DNA of 64,000 bases, from assembly GCA_964016885.1 (NCBI GenBank), contig OZ024744.1, positions 119,288,001-119,352,000 on the forward strand, written 5' to 3'. The position numbers were made by a program, and so were the translations under genes. Source of the stretch: Eledone cirrhosa. Its lineage: Eukaryota. A model generated the notes under the pieces. The model searched no databases, was not told the origin of the DNA, and worked only from the letters and a program-made list of their open reading frames with translations. This document shows positions 61,101-64,000 of the stretch, piece after piece. Within the stretch, counting starts at the first letter, position 1, and the number at the start of each line of letters is the position of its first letter.

Positions 61101-64000
61101 GTGGACTGGGTACTTTTTGTCATGACACCTACATGACCACTTTACAGTGTGTACTAGGTACTCGATGTTGTGACACCTACATGACCACTTTACAGTGGAC
61201 TGGGTACTTTTTGTTGTGACACCTACATGCCCAATTTACGGTGTGTGCTGGGTACTTTTTGTTGTGACTCCTATATGACCACTTTACAGTGTTTACTGGG
61301 TACTTTTTGTTGTGACTCCTACATGACCACTTTACAGTGTGTACTGGATACTTTTTTGTCAAGACAACTACATGACCACTTTACAGTGTGTACTGGGTAC
61401 TTATTGTTGTGACACCTACATGACCACTTTACAGTGTGTACTAGGTACTTGTTGTTGTGACACCTACTTGACCACTTTACAGTGTGTACTGGGTACATTT
61501 TGTTGTGACACCTACTTGACCACTTTACAGTGTGTACTATGTACTTGTTGTTGTGACACCTACATGACCACTTTACAGTGTGTAATGTGTACTTTTTGTT
61601 GTGATACCTACATGACCACTTTACAGTGTGTACTGAGTACCTGTTGCTGTGACACCTACATGACTACTTTACAGTGTGTACTGGGTACTTTTTGTCATGA
61701 CACCTACATGACCACTTTACAGTGTGTACTGGGTAGTTTTTGTTGTGACACCTACTTGACCACTTTACTGTGTGTACTGGGTACTTTTTGTCGTGACACC
61801 TACATGACCAACTTACAGTGTGTAATGAGTACTTTTTGTTGTGACACCTACATGCCCACTTTACAGTGTGTACTGAGTACTTTTTGTTGTGACACCTACA
61901 TGAGCACTTTACAGTGTGTACTGGGTAATTTTTGTTGTGACACCTACATGACCACTTTACAGTGTATACTGAGTACTTTTTTTCATGTCACCTACATGAC
62001 CACTTTACAATGTGTACTGGGTACGTTTTGGTGTGACACCTACATGACTACTTTACAGTGTGTACTTGGCACTTTGTGTCATGACACCTACATGACCACT
62101 TTACAGTGTGTACTAGGTACTTCTTGTTGTGACACCTACCTGACCACTTTACAGTGTGTACTGGCTACTTTTTGTCATGACACCTACGTGACCACTTTAC
62201 AACGTGTACTGGGTACTTTTTGTGACACCTACATGACCACTTTACAGTGTGACTAGGTACTTGTTGTTGTGACACCTACATGCCCACTTTACAGTGTGTA
62301 CTGGGTACTTTTTGTCATGAGACCTACATGCCCACTTTACAGTGTGTACAGGGTACTTTTTGTGGTGACACCTACATGACAGCTTTACAGTGTGTACTGG
62401 GTACTTTTTGTCATGACACCTACATGAACACTTTACAGTGTGTACTAGGTACTTGATGTTGTGACACCTACATGACCACTTTACAGTGTGTTCTGGGTAC
62501 TTTTTGGTGTGACACCTACATGACTACTTTACAGTGTGTACTTGGCACTTTGTGTCATGACACCTACATGACCACTTTACAGTGTGTACTGGGTACTTTT
62601 TGTCAAGACAACTACATGACCACTTTACAGTGTATACTGGGTAATTTTTGTTGTGACACCTACATGACCACTTTACAGTGTGGACTGGGTACTTTTTGTC
62701 ATGACACCTACATGACCACTTTACAGTGTGTACTAGGTACTCGATGTTGTGACACCTACATGACCACTTTACAGTGGACTGGGTACTTTTTGTTGTGACA
62801 CCTACATGCCCAATTTACGGTGTGTGCTGGGTACTTTTTGTTGTGACTCCTATATGACCACTTTACAGTGTTTACTGGGTACTTTTTGTTGTGACTCCTA
62901 CATGACCACTTTACAGTGTGTACTGGATACTTTTTTGTCAAGACAACTACATGACCACTTTACAGTGTGTACTGGGTACTTATTGTTGTGACACCTACAT
63001 GACCACTTTACAGTGTGTACTAGGTACTTGTTGTTGTGACACCTACTTGACCACTTTACAGTGTGCACTGGGTACATTTTGTTGTGACACCTACTTGACC
63101 ACTTTACAGTGTGTACTATGTACTTGTTGTTGTGACACCTACATGACCACTTTACAGTGTGTAATGTGTACTTTTTGTTGTGATACCTACATGACCACTT
63201 TACAGTGTGTACTGAGTACCTGTTGCTGTGACACCTACATGACTACTTTACAGTGTGTACTGGGTACTTTTTGTCATGACACCTACATGACCACTTTACA
63301 GTGTGTACTGGGTAGTTTTTGTTGTGACACCTACTTGACCACTTTACTGTGTGTACTGGGTACTTTTTGTCGTGACACCTACATGACCAACTTACAGTGT
63401 GTAATGAGTACTTTTTGTTGTGACACCTACATGCCCACTTTACAGTGTGTACTGAGTACTTTTTGTTGTGACACCTACATGAGCACTTTACAGTGTGTAC
63501 TGGGTAATTTTTGTTGTGACACCTACATGACCACTTTACAGTGTGTACTAGGTACTTGTTGTTGTGACACCTACATGACCACTTTACAGTGTGTACTGGC
63601 TACTTTTTGTCATGACACCTACGTGACCACTTTACAATGTGTACTGGGTACTTTTTGTGACACCTACATGACCACTTTACAGTGTGACTAGGTACTTGTT
63701 GTTGTGACACCTACATGACCACTTTACAGTGTGTACTGGGTACTTTTTGTCATGACACCTACATGAGCACTTTACAGTGTGTTCTGAGTAATTTTTATTC
63801 ATGACACCTACATGACCACTTTACGGTGTGTACTGGGTACTTTTTGTTGTGACTCCTACATGACCACTTTATAGTGTGTACTAGGTACTTGTTGTTGTGA
63901 CACCTACATGACCACTTTACAGTGTGTACTGGATACTTTTTGTTGTGACACCTTCATGACCACTTTACAGTGTGTACTAGGTACTTGTTGTTGTGACAAC
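28165..64000. repeat. 48-bp satellite array, consensus ATGACCACTTTACAGTGTGTACTGGGTACTTTTTGTTGTGACACCTAC, about 745 copies in the window (continues past the end), with higher-order repeats
   Basis: Directly visible. Recurrent 45-, 46-, 47- and 49-bp variant monomers mark the higher-order units. Two GTAC (RsaI) sites per consensus monomer. Confidence 0.99.

Noticed and set aside
28497-63691. Cys-rich (MTTLQCVLGTFCCDTY)n ORFs resembling metallothionein or keratin-associated proteins, and antisense (HTVKWSCRCHNKKYPV)n ORFs
   Set aside because: The 48-bp monomer happens to be open. Frameshifting 46-, 47- and 49-bp monomers and stops are propagated in the higher-order repeats, and substitutions are largely non-synonymous.
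28165-64000. CRISPR-like appearance (conserved repeat with a variable patch)
   Set aside because: The variable part is only a few bases, drawn from a small recurring set. There are no unique spacers or cas genes, and the context is eukaryotic.

Overview
This is eukaryotic, gene-poor, repeat-dominated DNA. The repeat signature (TG/TA/GTAT microsatellites, RTE- and R4-type LINE remnants, an 'aggaagggcatccagc' SINE/RTE motif) resembles cephalopod (Octopus-like) genomes; that assignment is from recall, not a search. About 93% of the window is two tandem arrays: a ~23.8-kb array of a 21-bp monomer (2855-26659) and a >=35.8-kb array of a 48-bp monomer (28165 to the window end), both with nested higher-order repeats. 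A decayed minus-strand RTE-clade reverse transcriptase fragment lies between them. The first 2.8 kb holds microsatellites, three stacked 5'-truncated restriction-like-endonuclease LINE remnants inserted in (CATA)n, and a probable non-autonomous RTE derivative. I found no intact protein-coding gene; the long ORFs in the track are translations of satellite DNA. Three leads stand out. (1) The 48-bp satellite appears to have been amplified in place from an RTE/SINE 5' leader. (2) The 21-bp array sits exactly between a minus-strand splice donor and acceptor, as if a ~60-nt intron had been inflated to ~23.8 kb. (3) The LINE 3' junctions all share an AGAA|CATAC signature.
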